Positions 11,663 to 25,285 of a stretch of 64,000 nucleotides of DNA are shown piece by piece; position 1 is the stretch's first letter; every line of letters starts with the position of its first letter. Origin of the DNA: Kudoa neothunni (Eukaryota > Animalia > Cnidaria); assembly GCA_964304625.1 (NCBI GenBank), contig OZ199840.1:1380733-1444732 (forward strand), read 5' to 3'. Both the position numbers and the translations under genes were made by a program. The notes below the pieces were generated by a model. It saw only the letters and a list, made by a program, of their open reading frames with translations. It did no database searches and was not told the DNA's origin.

Positions 11663-13497
11663 CCCTGTTTTAGGGTAAATTTGGCACATCTCACGTATCA
11701 TTAAAAATAATTTCCTTAGGAAATACAGTGCTTCCCCGATTGTACAATCTACTCCGAAAATAGATATAATGGAATTATTGAGCTAGTTTTTAGTAAAGAC
11801 GTACCCAAAAATGAGACCTAATAAAATATTCCAAATCAGGGTATTCTGAATTATATGGCAGGATATCTTTAACAATGTAATTATACGAATTAGATATTAA
11901 TAATAAAGATTTAAAAAGTAAAATAATCATTAAACTTGTAAAGTTTGGAATTTCATTATCATTTTATTTTCACTTTTAAAGGAAAATATTTATCAACATA
12001 TATTTTTCACATCTTATTTTTTCAATAACAATATTATTTCGTCTGTATACAAAAATAAAACTTGCCCTACATTCTAGAAAACTTTGAAATTTTTGTCGCC
12101 AAAGAAATTTTATCGGCTAATTAAAAATATATTAAGGCTGGATATATTTTAAAAATACGTTATAATTAAATCAGTAACAAATGCAATTATTATGAAATAG
12201 TCATATACAGTGAGAAATTATTTGCGATCGTTACAGGAAAGAACGTGACGCGTTTAATTAGTACTTAAATATTCTAATTACAAAAATTATTACTAACATG
12301 GGTTGGTGGAAAAACTGTTAATATTTTTATTACCGATATGTTTATTAAATTAAAGATACTAAAGTTAACAATGGCATCGTTGGGCTCTTAATGAAATTTG
12401 TGTGAAAGAATTATAAAAACGAGATAAAATAAGAGTAATAAAATAATTCCCATAGGCAAAATATATATTGTTTTCATTAGTATACTTTAAAATTTTTTGA
12501 ATTTACTTCTTCTGCATGCAGGGGCGGAAATATTTGCAATTTATTAATTTCGAGTTGTACTATTACGATTGAAAAGTTATTAATTGCTGAGGATTTTTTC
12601 ATTTAAACATGAAAAAATAAAAACAAAAGATCAAATCAAATCTCTCTGAAGAAGGATCATAAAATGATGATATTCAATCTCGAGATAATAAATAATTTGA
12701 ATTTCCAGGGTATGGAAAAACGAAACCTCCTCAAAGCTTTTCGGGTTCAAATTTGTTTCAGGTACGTTTCTTGAAAAAATTTAAAATAAAACAATAAATT
12801 TTATTCATTAAATAATTTTAGAAATTGTTGGTAAATTAGGACTCGTTGTATTTAAGTAATCTTGAAAATAATAATTATTAAGTGAACATAAATAATTCAT
12901 AAGTAAACTATAAATGAGTAGTTTTTGGATAAATATCGGAGAATTCTGCCGGCGTGACTCTATTTTTTAATAGAAAAATGTGTTTATTTGAAAACGCTAT
13001 TCTTTGTGAATATACTATTCACTTTATTTATCGAATATTTCATGATTATTTACATTAATTATTTTAAAAATAATTAATATAAATAATGTTATTTATAATT
13101 GTTGATAGAATTTATTATAATTGAATGTTTAAACTGCATCAATTCGTGTTGATAAAGCGTAAAATATTTTCGCATTAAAATTTAATATTATACTTATAAA
13201 TTTAAATTGTTTTAATTATAGTCTGAGTAAGAATTATATAATAATAATTTGATTTAGCTGTAAAGATGGGATAATTCGAAATTACATAAAGTTAGAGTTT
13301 TTCAAAGTGAGCTAATTCTCTATATGTATCTAATAAAAAAATAACTTCTTAGTAATCAATAAATAAGATTTAATAAATGAACGATTAAGTGCGAGTAATA
13401 ACGAGATAAAAAGGGTAGGGGTTTTGTTGTAGTTTGAATGTGAATTTAACCACTTGATTAAGTTATTACATTTTTAATCAGGAAAAAAATAGTATAA

Positions 13498-14131
13498 ATG
13501 GATGACTCGGAAATTATTATTCAAAAACTGTTAAGCAAAGCCAATTACAAAGAGATCGTCAAAGATGAGCGACAATTAACAGATTTCATTAAAGAAAACA
13601 GTAAAGTAGTTCTTCCACAATAATTCAATCCTAATAAATTGTAAATTATAGTATCTACAATTTTTAAAAGACAGAAACAATACTATGCAGCAAAATTGTT
13701 ATCACATTTCTTCTTCAAACATACAACATAAACAAGATTTGGAGGGGAAAGAAAAAAAAATCGAGCAGCTCTATGAAGAAATTAAAGATTTAGGTAAACA
13801 ACTAAATGGCTTGATAGATTTGAAAGGTAGTAAAATTTGCAATATAACAATTGTAACAAAAAAATCTAGAATATTATCAAAACAAATTAAGTTTTGACTC
13901 CAATATTGATTGTGTACAACAGGAGATTAACGTTTTAGATAGTCGATCAGAAGTAAAATATGTGTGTATGTGAGTTGAATTAGCTTGATTGAATTGTAGG
14001 AAATATTACAACAATTCTACAGTCAACAAATTGGGACGGATGAGTTATACGAAAAATTTGTACAAGTGAAGGCTACCCAATACAAACTTCTTCTAAGTTT
14101 ACAGTTGTTATGGCAGACGTTTACAAATTAG
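13498..14131 (+). CDS. VPS37: ESCRT-I subunit VPS37-like (Mod(r) domain), 4 exons
   Basis: Spliced coiled-coil product ...NCYHISSSNIQHKQDLEGKEKKIEQLYEEI... ends SE|EILQQFYSQQIGTDELYEKFVQVKATQYKL, resembling the VPS37 C-terminal SEE-x-AEKFL...F motif. Confidence 0.6.
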
Positions 14132-14507
14132 CGTCAAACTCATTTATACCCGTTTGTTCGAATAATTTGTATTGTACATTGAGAATTATCTTTGAATTCA
14201 TATCGGAGAATTTCCAATTTTAAACATGTATTTTCTTCAATCATTGTTTTATTTTACAAATAATATGTAACCAACCAGAAAGGAAGGAATTTAACGTTTT
14301 CGCGCATGCTCAAATGATATTGCATTTGAGGTGTGAAACATTGTAATTATCCGAGTACAAATGGAATCACTTTATGTTAAATTGATTCAAAAAAATCGGT
14401 AAATAAAGTTCACATTCAACAAGAATTAAGAGAATAAAGGCCGCTCCCAGTGTGTAATGAAATCGGGTTGTCTCGGGAATCGACGTTACTCGTGTAGACG
14501 CAGATAG

Positions 14508-14711
14508 ATGGTGGGTTCCCAGTTGTCTTACTTTCCTACGTTAAATAACCTTATTTAGAGTGCTAACAAATCCTTCAAACTAAAGAGACATCTCGCTAAG
14601 AAGAAGCGACAAAATAGACCAGTTCCTAATTTTGTTCGACTTAGAAGAGAAAATTCGGTTAGATACAATGCCAAAAGAAGAAACTGGAGACGTACCAAGC
14701 TAGGTTTGTGA
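14508..14711 (+). CDS. RPL39: 60S ribosomal protein L39 (missing from the ORF track)
   Basis: ATG-only first exon, intron 14511-14558, then [50 protein letters not shown]-stop. Confidence 0.97.
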
Positions 14712-15156
14712 TAACGTAGTTGTGTTGAAATTATAATATCTCAAATGTTGAAATTGTGTGTTTTTTGCAAAAAATGATCTTCAACAGAATTTGTCGAGTT
14801 GAGTTTATTAGATATAGACTTAGATGAAGTTTATCATTATTTTCCCACAGTGTCTATGGTCTCAACAAATTCTATTGTCCATTTAAGATTTTTTAACATT
14901 GTACAAATAAATAAGTTGTTCAGCCTACAAAATTGAACAACTCTTTCCCATAGTTATTTATGATAGATGGATTGGATATTTTTTGTTAGATTTTAAGTAA
15001 TTTTTTGCAGAAAAGATGCTCATTTGGAAGTCGGGTCGAGTAGTCTTTCGTTGCTATCGTTGACGAATCAACTTCTTAAGTGGAACAATTTTTTTCCGAT
15101 GAGATTTTGTCAGTATTAATTAGTTATAAAAAATTGCTTCAGACAGACCTCTAGAG

Positions 15157-15764
15157 CAGGGTTTCTTTACCAGGGGTAAATTTTAAGTGGCATGGTTGAA
15201 CTGAGTAACTTTAAGTCAGATGGGGATAATTTTTGCATAAGAGGGGGTTTGTGAAGTACTCAAGGATCCCTCGGAGTTATATAGATAAGAGCTATTAAAC
15301 TCAATTGAGATGTTGGTAGGAATTCTTAAAATTTCTTCGGAAATAGGTATTTCACAACTATTTATGATACTGTAATTAATCACTTGCTTTTATGCCTAGT
15401 TTATCTGTTGAAGATATAATTTAACAATAACAATATTTATAGTGGATTTTCGCATAATAAATAATATTTAAATATCCCTAGTTTCAATTATTTTTAATTT
15501 TCTCACACCTGAGAATGAAGGATTGGAGTGGAAATAATTTTATTTGACAAAATCTAAAAAATTAAATCTGTAGACAGCTTGTGAAGAAGAATAAACAGGA
15601 TTTAAAATTTTCAACATGCAAGCGTACAGACCTTTTGAGACCTGAATTTATATCTCGAATAGCCTCCGCCGTAGTTAAACCAATATAAAACCTTTAAGTT
15701 TAAGTAAACATGAATTTGGCTTCCAAGTTGAGTAGGTAAATTTAAAAACGGTTGAGAACCCCTG
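15157..15764. mobile_element. hAT (Buster/Charlie-type) MITE
   Basis: Ends CAGGGTTTCTT and TTGAGAACCCCTG. 8-bp TSD CTCTAGAG / CTCTAGAC. Confidence 0.8.
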
Positions 15765-17297
15765 CTCTAGACTTTATTTTTATATTTCGAAACTAACGAA
15801 AGTATTCATGATGCATTTAATCTTCCAATTATTTTATAACGGCTAATTTTACGATAAAACAATTGTATAACATTGCTGATTTCAGTACTAAGTAAATCAA
15901 CTACTTCACTAATAAATATTCGTTATAGGCTTTTACTTTAGTTTGGTTGGCCAACTTTTTTATAATCTATTCATATTCCTTAGATTTATGAGAAAATTCA
16001 TCCATTTTAAATATAATTTGAATCTTTCAACCATTCATTTTTCCCACAAATAATTTTAATGATGGTCAAAGGTTATAGTTCCTTTTTAACGTTGATAAAT
16101 TGATGCACGAACTATCATAACATTTTTTAAACTAATTCTTTTAGTTATTAAAATATTTTAAAATTTTATTCAACTTATTATCATATCTAAAATCTTCTAT
16201 ATAAATTAAGTTACCGCTTTTTTGGAAATGGCTATTAACACGGTAAATAATATTCAAGGGACACTAGTTACAGTAAGTAATCGATAACACGCACTAACTC
16301 TGCGTATTAATTTAATTAGAATAATAAAAAAACATTATTAAGATTATTTGGGAGAAAAGTAATTCACAATTTTTGTTTTAATCATATTTGGTGACATAAT
16401 ACTAATATCCTTTTAGATTGGGGTAAAATTTAATGAATAGTCAATAGTCAGTTCGAAAAAATTATACATACTATTTTACTTTTTATTCATTTTAAACGCA
16501 ATATGAAAATTCTCTTTATATTCCTACCACAAAATCTTTATTTGTGTGCATCTATAACATTACTTAAGTTGCAACTAACATTGTCTTGAAATAAAATTTA
16601 TTCTATTTCCATTTTCATGGAAATGATCATTTTATAATAGATATCTCAAACTACTTTTTCTGTTAATTCAACAATTTAATCTACGTGGTTTGGCCCAAAA
16701 AATTACGTGTTATCGGTTAGTCACGTGATATAGAAGATTGGTCATTTTCTAATTTAATTCAAAAATATTTTTTTAAGAATTTTATCTTTTTACAATCAAA
16801 AAAAAATATTATAAAACGTATCACCCAATAAAAACTTTGAATTCGTCGTATCAATGAAAGTGATTATAATCGGATGTCTACTGTATGGTGGCTATATTTA
16901 ATTATTTGTGGCCCCAAGACCAAAGCAGTGGACCAGAAATAATTAAACACAACTGATAATAAAAATTCTTATGCACATGCGCGCATGCTTTTTAGGATAT
17001 AATTTTATCGTGCCAATAACCTCTGCCTATCTTTTCCCCAAGAATTTAATTATATGATTACATGCTCCATACTTTTCTTATTTATATCAATTATTTCCAA
17101 TTATAATTTTTATGATTAGTCCCAAACAATTATTGATAACAAATAAAAAGATAAATTAATTTTATTATGTAAAAATTTCAGTACTCAATTATATCAATAC
17201 ACATTAATGTATATTTAGATTTAAAAAATCAAATTAAACGCAATTGCAGAAAAATCGATAGAATATACACAAACAGAATAACAAGAAAAATCAACAA

Positions 17298-19843
17298 CTA
17301 AAGTTTGACAATTTCTACAACTGTTTGATCTTCGTCGATAACAACTCGATTTTGATGGGTTTTTGAGGCGAGCGAAAATCGAGCGTAAGAGCCAGGTGAG
17401 CGACCCTTAACGAATTTCCCGGGATTAACCACAACGCATCCACCCACATTCTAAACACAATTAACCGTTAAAACATTTCGTACTAAAAGTGAATACTTTG
17501 ATAAAATATTTCAAATTCGAAGGCATGACTAAAATATGAGGAAGATTGCCGTTGGCGTTGTGTGTTGTTCCATAGTGCCTATTCATCTGTAGATCGAGGT
17601 TCATTTTCTGATAGCTAGGATACAGTGGATACAGACTGAAGCGAAAATTATTTCAACTACAACTCCAATTAAACTAACTTTCTCTGATGGAAACAATGCT
17701 GGATAAGTCTGGAAATGCGATCTGTTGTTCGGCTGGAATGAGAAATGTTATTCACTTCAAACGAACTTAAATGGTGCAGGGTGTCCACACTGGCGACGCA
17801 GCACGTCAAACCGCCGTTCAATTCGAATGTGGTTGGGCACGAAGCGAAAACGATTTTCTAACAAAAACTTCCACTTAAAAGAATCGGTGCAAAAACATTC
17901 TATACATCACTAATATTGGCGTGGTTTTGTGGCAGGAGACTGGAGAAAAATAAATTTGACGTAGAAGTGGGTGTAATCGGGTAAATATGTGTGGTATAGA
18001 GATCCTGAACAGATGGGACCAGCACAACTTTGTCAATTTCCAAACTAGTAAACACAACTCGGAATACTGACAACAACATGGCAAATACCTTTTGATCATG
18101 CTATTTAAAAATGAAAAAAGTTGGCCGTACAACTGCGAAAAAATGCAAACATTGTTGGCACGCATTGTGGCCAACTGATAGTTCTCAATGTTTATAAAAG
18201 GGCCCGTAAGAATGAGTGTTTTGATATTGGCTGACTGCACTGTTGAATAGAGTTGTTGGAGAAAATCACATTTCACGTAGTTAGCAACGGCAGTCGCGTC
18301 ACCACTATCATCATTTAGTTTAGGATCAACAACAATAAAAGGGCCGGCTGCCACGAAAAAACTGCTCTGTGATGCTACGCAAAAATAAATTCAATTTTCT
18401 TAAAACTAATGTGATACAATTAAACTGATCGAGCTGATCGTGAGAAAGTTGATCTCCAACACTTAAAGCAGCTGTTTCCTAAATTTTGCGGCCAAAATTA
18501 CAATAAATTCTTAACCCGTTCCTAATTATTACATAATAGACATTTGTCACATGGAAAACTTCTTTTTCCTTCGCATCGTGATAACCCTTCACAACAACTA
18601 CCTACCCACAAATAGTAAAAATCCAGTCACATACATTGTTGATTATTGTATCAACATCAAATACTGACCTGCCCAGGAAATAAAGAATATTGAACAGTTG
18701 GGTTTGAGAAGAACAACTGAACACGTTTACCCTTGGAAATATCAATACACCCTTCCAATTGGATGAATGAATGTGAGAGTTTCCCATCTGGTTTTAGACT
18801 GCAAATTCTTCCTCTAATGTAAACCTGTGAGACGGATCGGTCACTTTCTTTTCCCTCTTCAGACGAATCGTTCGCCAAATATGAAGGTAGAAAAATCGGA
18901 TGAAATCGATTCAATTTAAGTTCACATTGGGTTTTTATAAGGTCTGCAGTAGCAATTATATTCTTATTAATCACCATAGCTTTAGTTTGGAATGGTTGAT
19001 TCATATAACAATGTTTAACGTCTGTGATAGTTGTAAGCGAGTTTTGGTGAAAATTAAGCGTAGTTGTTTGGGCAGGTTTCATCTGAGAAAATTGTACATT
19101 ATTGTTGTAAAATGTGGCCAACAATTCGCCAGATGCCTGTTGACTGACGCCAGTACCAACACCAACAACGTTAGGACTAAGTGTGGATTGACTGGGCGGA
19201 TTGTGGCTACCCAGCACGATAGGAGACGCGTTCTTAGTGTCCATGGTGAACTTTTGCGAGCGGCTTTTCTTAGCCTAACAATCGAAATCATCATGTCGAT
19301 AAAAACACATAGCAAACACTACTTGAACAGGTGTTATACCATATATGGACATCAACTCATCATTCTCTTCGTCAGATATCATCGAAAGGTTGGTGCTGTT
19401 GTTCGGTAGAAATAACTTTTGGCTGGTAGTGTTTTCGTTGAATGAGGTAGAACCTAAATTAAAACTAGGAGCAGGCAATTTGCTATTTTCGAGAGTGGAA
19501 TTTTTCGCCAAAACTATTTCTTTCAACTAATTGTAAACAAAAATCACCATTAATCAATATCAATCGAGTTAACATTAACCCTATCACCAAATATCATTAT
19601 ATCATCCTTCGTACTGCAGTTATTGATGTTTTTTGAATACATGTATGCTATCCATTCGTCAGATACCTCCCTCGCATCCATTTCGTAGCGAACTGACAAC
19701 GAATACACTATTCAAACACATCAACATTATTGCGGATAGTTAGAACAAACGCCAGAATTACACTGATCTATAGTATCGTTGTCTCCATCGAAACCAAAAG
19801 AAGACAATTCATCTCGAATCTCCTCTTTCGCTTCAAGTGACAT
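17298..19843 (-). CDS. POLA2: DNA polymerase alpha subunit B, multi-exon
   Basis: Motifs YSLFPGQ|VVVVKG, VAAGPF, LILTGPFI, DRISRL...LYPLYP and LPHILVMPSNLKYFIK|NVGGCVVVNPG. Confidence 0.93.
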
Positions 19844-20639
19844 TGTTGTTATTATTTGACGTCCACGTGACATAAATGAATGGGCGCGATTGATAATATT
19901 TTTGCATTAATCGATTTCGTCTTGTTTCTTATTATAAGTCGAGTCTAGAATTTATTTTGTAAAAATTAAGCACATTTTTGCAAATTACTTCCAAAAAATA
20001 AAAGTGTCGAACTTTTGCGTAGGCTTCTAAAACCTGTTTTATTTGTTTTCTGAGCAAAATTTTTTAACTCATATGAACAAGAATAATCATTAAATATCTT
20101 AATATTATAAATTTTGATTTGTGCTGAATTTTATAAGCTTATGAAATATGACTCAACTGCATAACTCTTAATTATTTGAAACTACGCTCTTTAATCCATT
20201 ACTTAATAAAACATATCATTAAAATTATTAGAAACCACGCTTCCTCGCCTCACATGTAATCAAATATATAATTATTTAAACCTAAGACAATAATGTACAA
20301 TAATGTACAACAAACCAACAGAAGATAGAATCGATAATGTTAGACAGAATCTGTATATGTTTTTACCTTGAGATTTGTAATAAGTTGGACGCTTATTTAT
20401 TTTATAACATTATTTATATCATGTTAATTAATACCTTCACATTACAATGTTTCAAGTTCAAGATGCATTATTTAAAAAAATAGGTAATTATTAATATTAG
20501 AAAAAAATCAATTTTCAATACATTCGTTGTCTAAGCATCGTGCGTGGTAAATAACTCTCCGCGTGATTACAATAGTTTTGACATTGTGTAAACGTCATTT
20601 TATTCAAACAATTTTATTATTCTTCGTCAGTCTCTAAAG

Positions 20640-21780
20640 ATCGTTTCAATCATATTTACCAGGTCTTAAGGTGTGATGATAAAGCTACTAGGCAAACACG
20701 GAAACAGGTATCGAATGATAGTTTTGAGGCAATTTGAAAAGTTTTTAAAATGTTTAATGCAAATTGTTTGAAAAATTATTGGCCTGGATCGAATCTAACG
20801 GCTGATGAGAGACAGGTTAAATTTAGAGGGAGACGCTCCTTCAAAGTCTATATGAAGAGTAAGCCAGGCCGTTATGGCATCAAATTGTGGGCCGCTGCGG
20901 ATGCTGAAACGTAATATCCCACCAACATTCAATCATATACTGGTAAGTTTAGTGGCGCTAGAGATATAAACTAAGGAGCCCGAGTAATGAAAGATCTCGT
21001 TTCTCCATTTTATGGCACCCACCGAGGTGTTACAACGGACAATTTTTCACCTCTGTTCCTCTTGCTCAGCAACTTTTGTGCAATGGCTTAGCTCTGAAGG
21101 GAATTATGAGGACAAGCAAAAGAGAAATACAGGATGATTTTCTCAAGTCATGGAAACGTGATGTTTTTTCATCCATTCTTGGTTTCAATGAGGATCTCAC
21201 ATTGGTCTCGTACGTACCCCAAAAAACTACGCCGTAAACCTCTTGTCTAGTCAACACCATGGTAATTCAATCCATGACGAAGACCGAAAGAGGACCAACA
21301 TCATCACGCTCTACAACAAAAAAAGGTGGTGTTGATATGTGTGACAAAATGACCACCCAATATTTCTGCATCAGAACGATGAGAAGATGGTCATCAACAA
21401 TTTTTATGGACATGCCCAATATAGCTTGTTTAAATGCCTGAATTTTATGGATAAAAAAGTATCCTGAGGGGCAACAATCAAGTAGAAGTCGGAGACTGTT
21501 CTATACGGCAGTTATCCATTGAATTAACACGTTCTCGTGTATCACGGCGCCAAAATAACCAAGAAAGATTGTCGATTTACATTAATCATGGATTTCGTCT
21601 ATTTGATGAAAGTATCAACAATGATTCTTCGTCACTTGAATCGAGTTATTCGTAACAATTAAATAGGAAACGATGTTTTTTCTATCCAAAAAATCACAGA
21701 TATTTTTTCAATTGCCAAGCAGAAAACATAAGAACATTATTGATTGTATGCACTGCGACAAATAATTCCTATATAAATGA
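20640..21780 (+). pseudogene. piggyBac transposase remnant (PGBD4-like)
   Basis: LTADE..VKFRGR, YMKSKPGRYGIKLW, VTTDNF, YNKKKGGVDMCDKM and RRW motifs, with stops and frameshifts. Confidence 0.9.
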
Positions 21781-23062
21781 AAAAAATTTGTTTATTTTTT
21801 TATGTTCTCAACCTTGTGTGAATATAATAGCACTGTAAATATACCCAGTAAAACAGTTATGCTAATTTATTTAAATGTAAGACACAATAATTAATTTTTG
21901 CGTCACACTATTTTTTTAATTTTTTGATTATTGATATTGCGTTTTGACCCAACCTATGCTAAATTCGCTGATTAAATCCAAAATAAGCCTTTAACGTCTG
22001 AATCGATAATTGGTATAGTTTAAAGTGTTTTAAAACTACATGATTTTGACCCATACAATGATTTCACGAAGTAAATGAATAAATGAGAAAGGAAGTAACA
22101 TTTTATTCTCTAACCGAAAACTATATGGGATTTGAAATAATTTTTTAAACTATACGCGGAAATAAATCTTTCATCATTTTTATATACATATTTAAACCTC
22201 TCGTTTAAAAAATTTGAGCGTTTCTAATTTTCTAAAAATTAAGATCACCCGCAAAAGAATTTTTGACAGGAAAATATCAATGATAATGAACAATTAACTG
22301 CTTGTCATGTTTATTGTATTTTAAATAATAAGAAACTTTTCCCTCAGATGTTCATTTAAATGATTAATTAATAGAAGGATATATAAACGTTTAAATAATT
22401 CGAATCAATCTCAAAAAACGGTGGTTATAAAGAACATAACTATAGATATACATAATTTTCTGATATTACACTTACGCAACCAAATTTTTTCATTCATAAT
22501 ATTATTGATGTTACATCCGCAAAACCAAAAATTGAATTATTACATTTCGTTTTTCAAATAAATTGAATTATAATGTCAGCAAACAATCATAAAGCGTGCA
22601 AATTTTAAAACGCAACAGATTATGACTGAAGAATTCAGCAAATAGCAAAAATACAAAATCCTGCGCCACCGGGATCGAAAATCTGCTTATACCTACCACG
22701 ACCGAAAGTCGAGTTTCGATGTGTGGTTTGTTTGTATAAAGTTTTCTGCTTAGAGCATGAATTATATCTGCGAAGCAATCACCATTGCCGAAATGTTACC
22801 GATTCAAACCCATGCATTTCATGTTGTGTACAAAATGTTGCGGCTAACAAACAATGCCATTTTTTGTAATGAACGAAATAAAAATTTAGTTAAATTTTTG
22901 TTGTTGTTAGCTGATTACTGTATAATTAATTGATAATAATTCAATCGCGGTAAAATTTCATTAACATTGGTTTCTTCTGGTGTCGCTGAGTGCCCCACCT
23001 CGGCACGGGAGTAATTTTTATTCACTCAGTACAGAGAAGCTTGATCTCATGTGGACTCGCGC

Positions 23063-24142
23063 ATGGCAATGTTTAAATTATTTGGACGTTTCTGTACCAG
23101 TTCTAGACTGGTATCCAATAGTTATAAACGATTTTTGACTACAACCAAACCATGCCAACACGATTTTATGGCAGATGTAAAAGCGCTCCGGAGAAAAACT
23201 GGAGCTGGATTATTGTTGTGTGTGGAGGCACTCAAAAAAAATGAAAACAATCATGAAGCTGCTGTCAAATATATTATTGATAAATCAGGTGAGAATGCCA
23301 AAAAATTTGACTCTAGCAGCGAGTTAACTGAGAACAAGGATGTAAAACCTGGTTTGGTGGGTATCATGTTGAATGCTCAGAACAACTTTGCTGTTATAAC
23401 GAAGGTATTTTTCCAATTTCAGTTTAACAGAAATAATATTCTATTTTGTGAATAGTTGAAATGCCAAACTGATTTTGTAGCCAAAACCGAACAATTTTCC
23501 AAAACATTTTCCGAGATTATGGAAATGGCATGTAGAGATATTCATCGAAATTATGAATTTCGACCATTAGAAAAGGTTTCTTTTGGTTTCGACGATCTCA
23601 AAAACACCAAGCATTCTTCCGGCAAAATCCACGACGAATTGAATACGATCGATCGCAAATTGAATCTTTTATCAACTCAAGTATCCGAAAAGTTGTCGAT
23701 TGATAATTTTATTGCGATCACCATTCCCGAAACTCACTATCTTGGACATTATTGTCATTGGAACGCCACAAATGTGATTGGATCGTCACCATTCTTGTTT
23801 ACCTTTGGGAAAATCGGCTCATTGGTTGTGGTCTGCAGAGATGACCTTATCAACCCAGTTACCGAGGAATTTGTTCGAGCTAGAGCCAAAGAGCTTGCTA
23901 TACATACTGTAGGCATGTTACCTACAACTCTTGAACTGTCAGATTTTAATGCGCTTGAAGCCTCATTCGCGAGCAACGCCTACGATAAGGACGCTACGGA
24001 GTCTGACAGCGATGTCAACTCGGATTGTGAAGTTGGTGGTGCTCTTCTAGATCAACCTTTCCTATTTAGAAAATCCTTAAAAGTTCGATTGTGGGCGTTG
24101 AAGAATAAAATTCAAGTTGTAGATTTTCTTCTCATGGAATGA
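23063..24142 (+). CDS. TSFM: Mitochondrial elongation factor Ts, 2 exons (intron 23405-23455)
   Basis: Arg/Ser-rich presequence, then VKALRRKTGAGLLLCVEAL, LKCQTDFVAK, ELAIHTVGMLP and LLDQPFL. Confidence 0.92.
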
Positions 24143-24557
24143 TTGACTTTTTATTTTTTTCTTGACATTTTCGGTTTATATCCAAATTCGCAAAAGCAAA
24201 CATTTCGCATATAATTATTTAAGAGATAAAAAATAGAAAAAATAATGGAGATAAAGAAAATCCAAGAAAATTAATATCTTCTGGCCTCGTATAAACTTCT
24301 ATGCGCTTTTCCAACAAATAACCGCAAATAATTTAATTAATAGGATGAAGTAAACGTTCAACATAACACACGATTTCAATGAAATCTACGGACACAGTAC
24401 TTGCATTATAGTGCTTCAATCTATCTGATTATAGCATGCTCTACCGATTCGTTATTCATAAATGTCTCCCTAAACGAAAAACTTTTTGTTGCACATGCGA
24501 TCTTGCTGACACACACACGGACATCTTAGTTTTATATATATATATATATATATGTAT

Positions 24558-25285
24558 CAGGGATGACCAAACCTGCCCAGATCGGGAGCCAACTTTAAGG
24601 TTTCCCAAATAAGTAAATTAGTGGTGAATGATCCAAGAAACTTTCTCTGTATGAAAAAGATCGCAATAATAATAAAATATTTTTCGTATTTAATCATGTA
24701 TGATAGTCTAACAAAAAATTAAATTAAATATTCACGAATAAAGTAATAACACAAGTTTTTTATGTTTCCGCATTATCAGTGAGCTGACGCTAATCCGGTT
24801 TGTATGCCGTCAACGCTGTACAAATTAGTTCCGTCAGGTGTTTGTTTTTGAGGAACGGAACCGCGATGTTTCGACTTTACAGATTTCATCGTTGAATAAA
24901 TAAACTCACAACAATAAGTTGTTCCAAAGATAAAAACAAGTTTGAGGCGAATTTCTTTTAACTTTGAATATTTAATTTCTAGAATGTATTTTCACAATTC
25001 GCTTGATGAGTTGGAATTATGAATCATGTTTAAAGCTTGAAAAAATGTTTTATTCTTTCGATATCTATCATTTTGATAATGGATAACACTAGGTCTAATG
25101 TATTTCATAATTAAATTAGTAATAATTCTAATTTGCATCAAAAATTAAAACTATATGATAGTTTGTATGTTTTCTACACAAAAATATTATCTAGTTTACG
25201 ATTAAAAATTTAATTTCCTCGCTTGATTGAATAGTTGAAACTTTGTACTTTTCTGAATTAACGTGTTGGTTGAATTAATAAAAAT
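24558..25285 (-). mobile_element. hAT (Buster/SPIN-like) deletion derivative, truncated copy of the element at 52119-53165
   Basis: Shares the terminus CAGGGATGACCAAACCTGCCCAGATCGGGAGCCAACTTT and a collinear decayed transposase C-terminus with the second copy. Confidence 0.8.

Noticed and set aside
13260-13497. Splice-like signals upstream of VPS37
   Set aside because: No open frame connects to the VPS37 ATG. At most these are 5' UTR exons.
18900-19409. Long antisense ORFs over POLA2, E2F (43095-43484), GRPEL and AARS1
   Set aside because: They have no recognisable motifs and are the expected shadows of coding sequence.
24137-24145. TGA at a position where TSFM homologues have Cys (possible selenocysteine or readthrough)
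   Set aside because: The downstream frame does not resemble the EF-Ts tail and no SECIS was recognised. A simple short truncation is more parsimonious.
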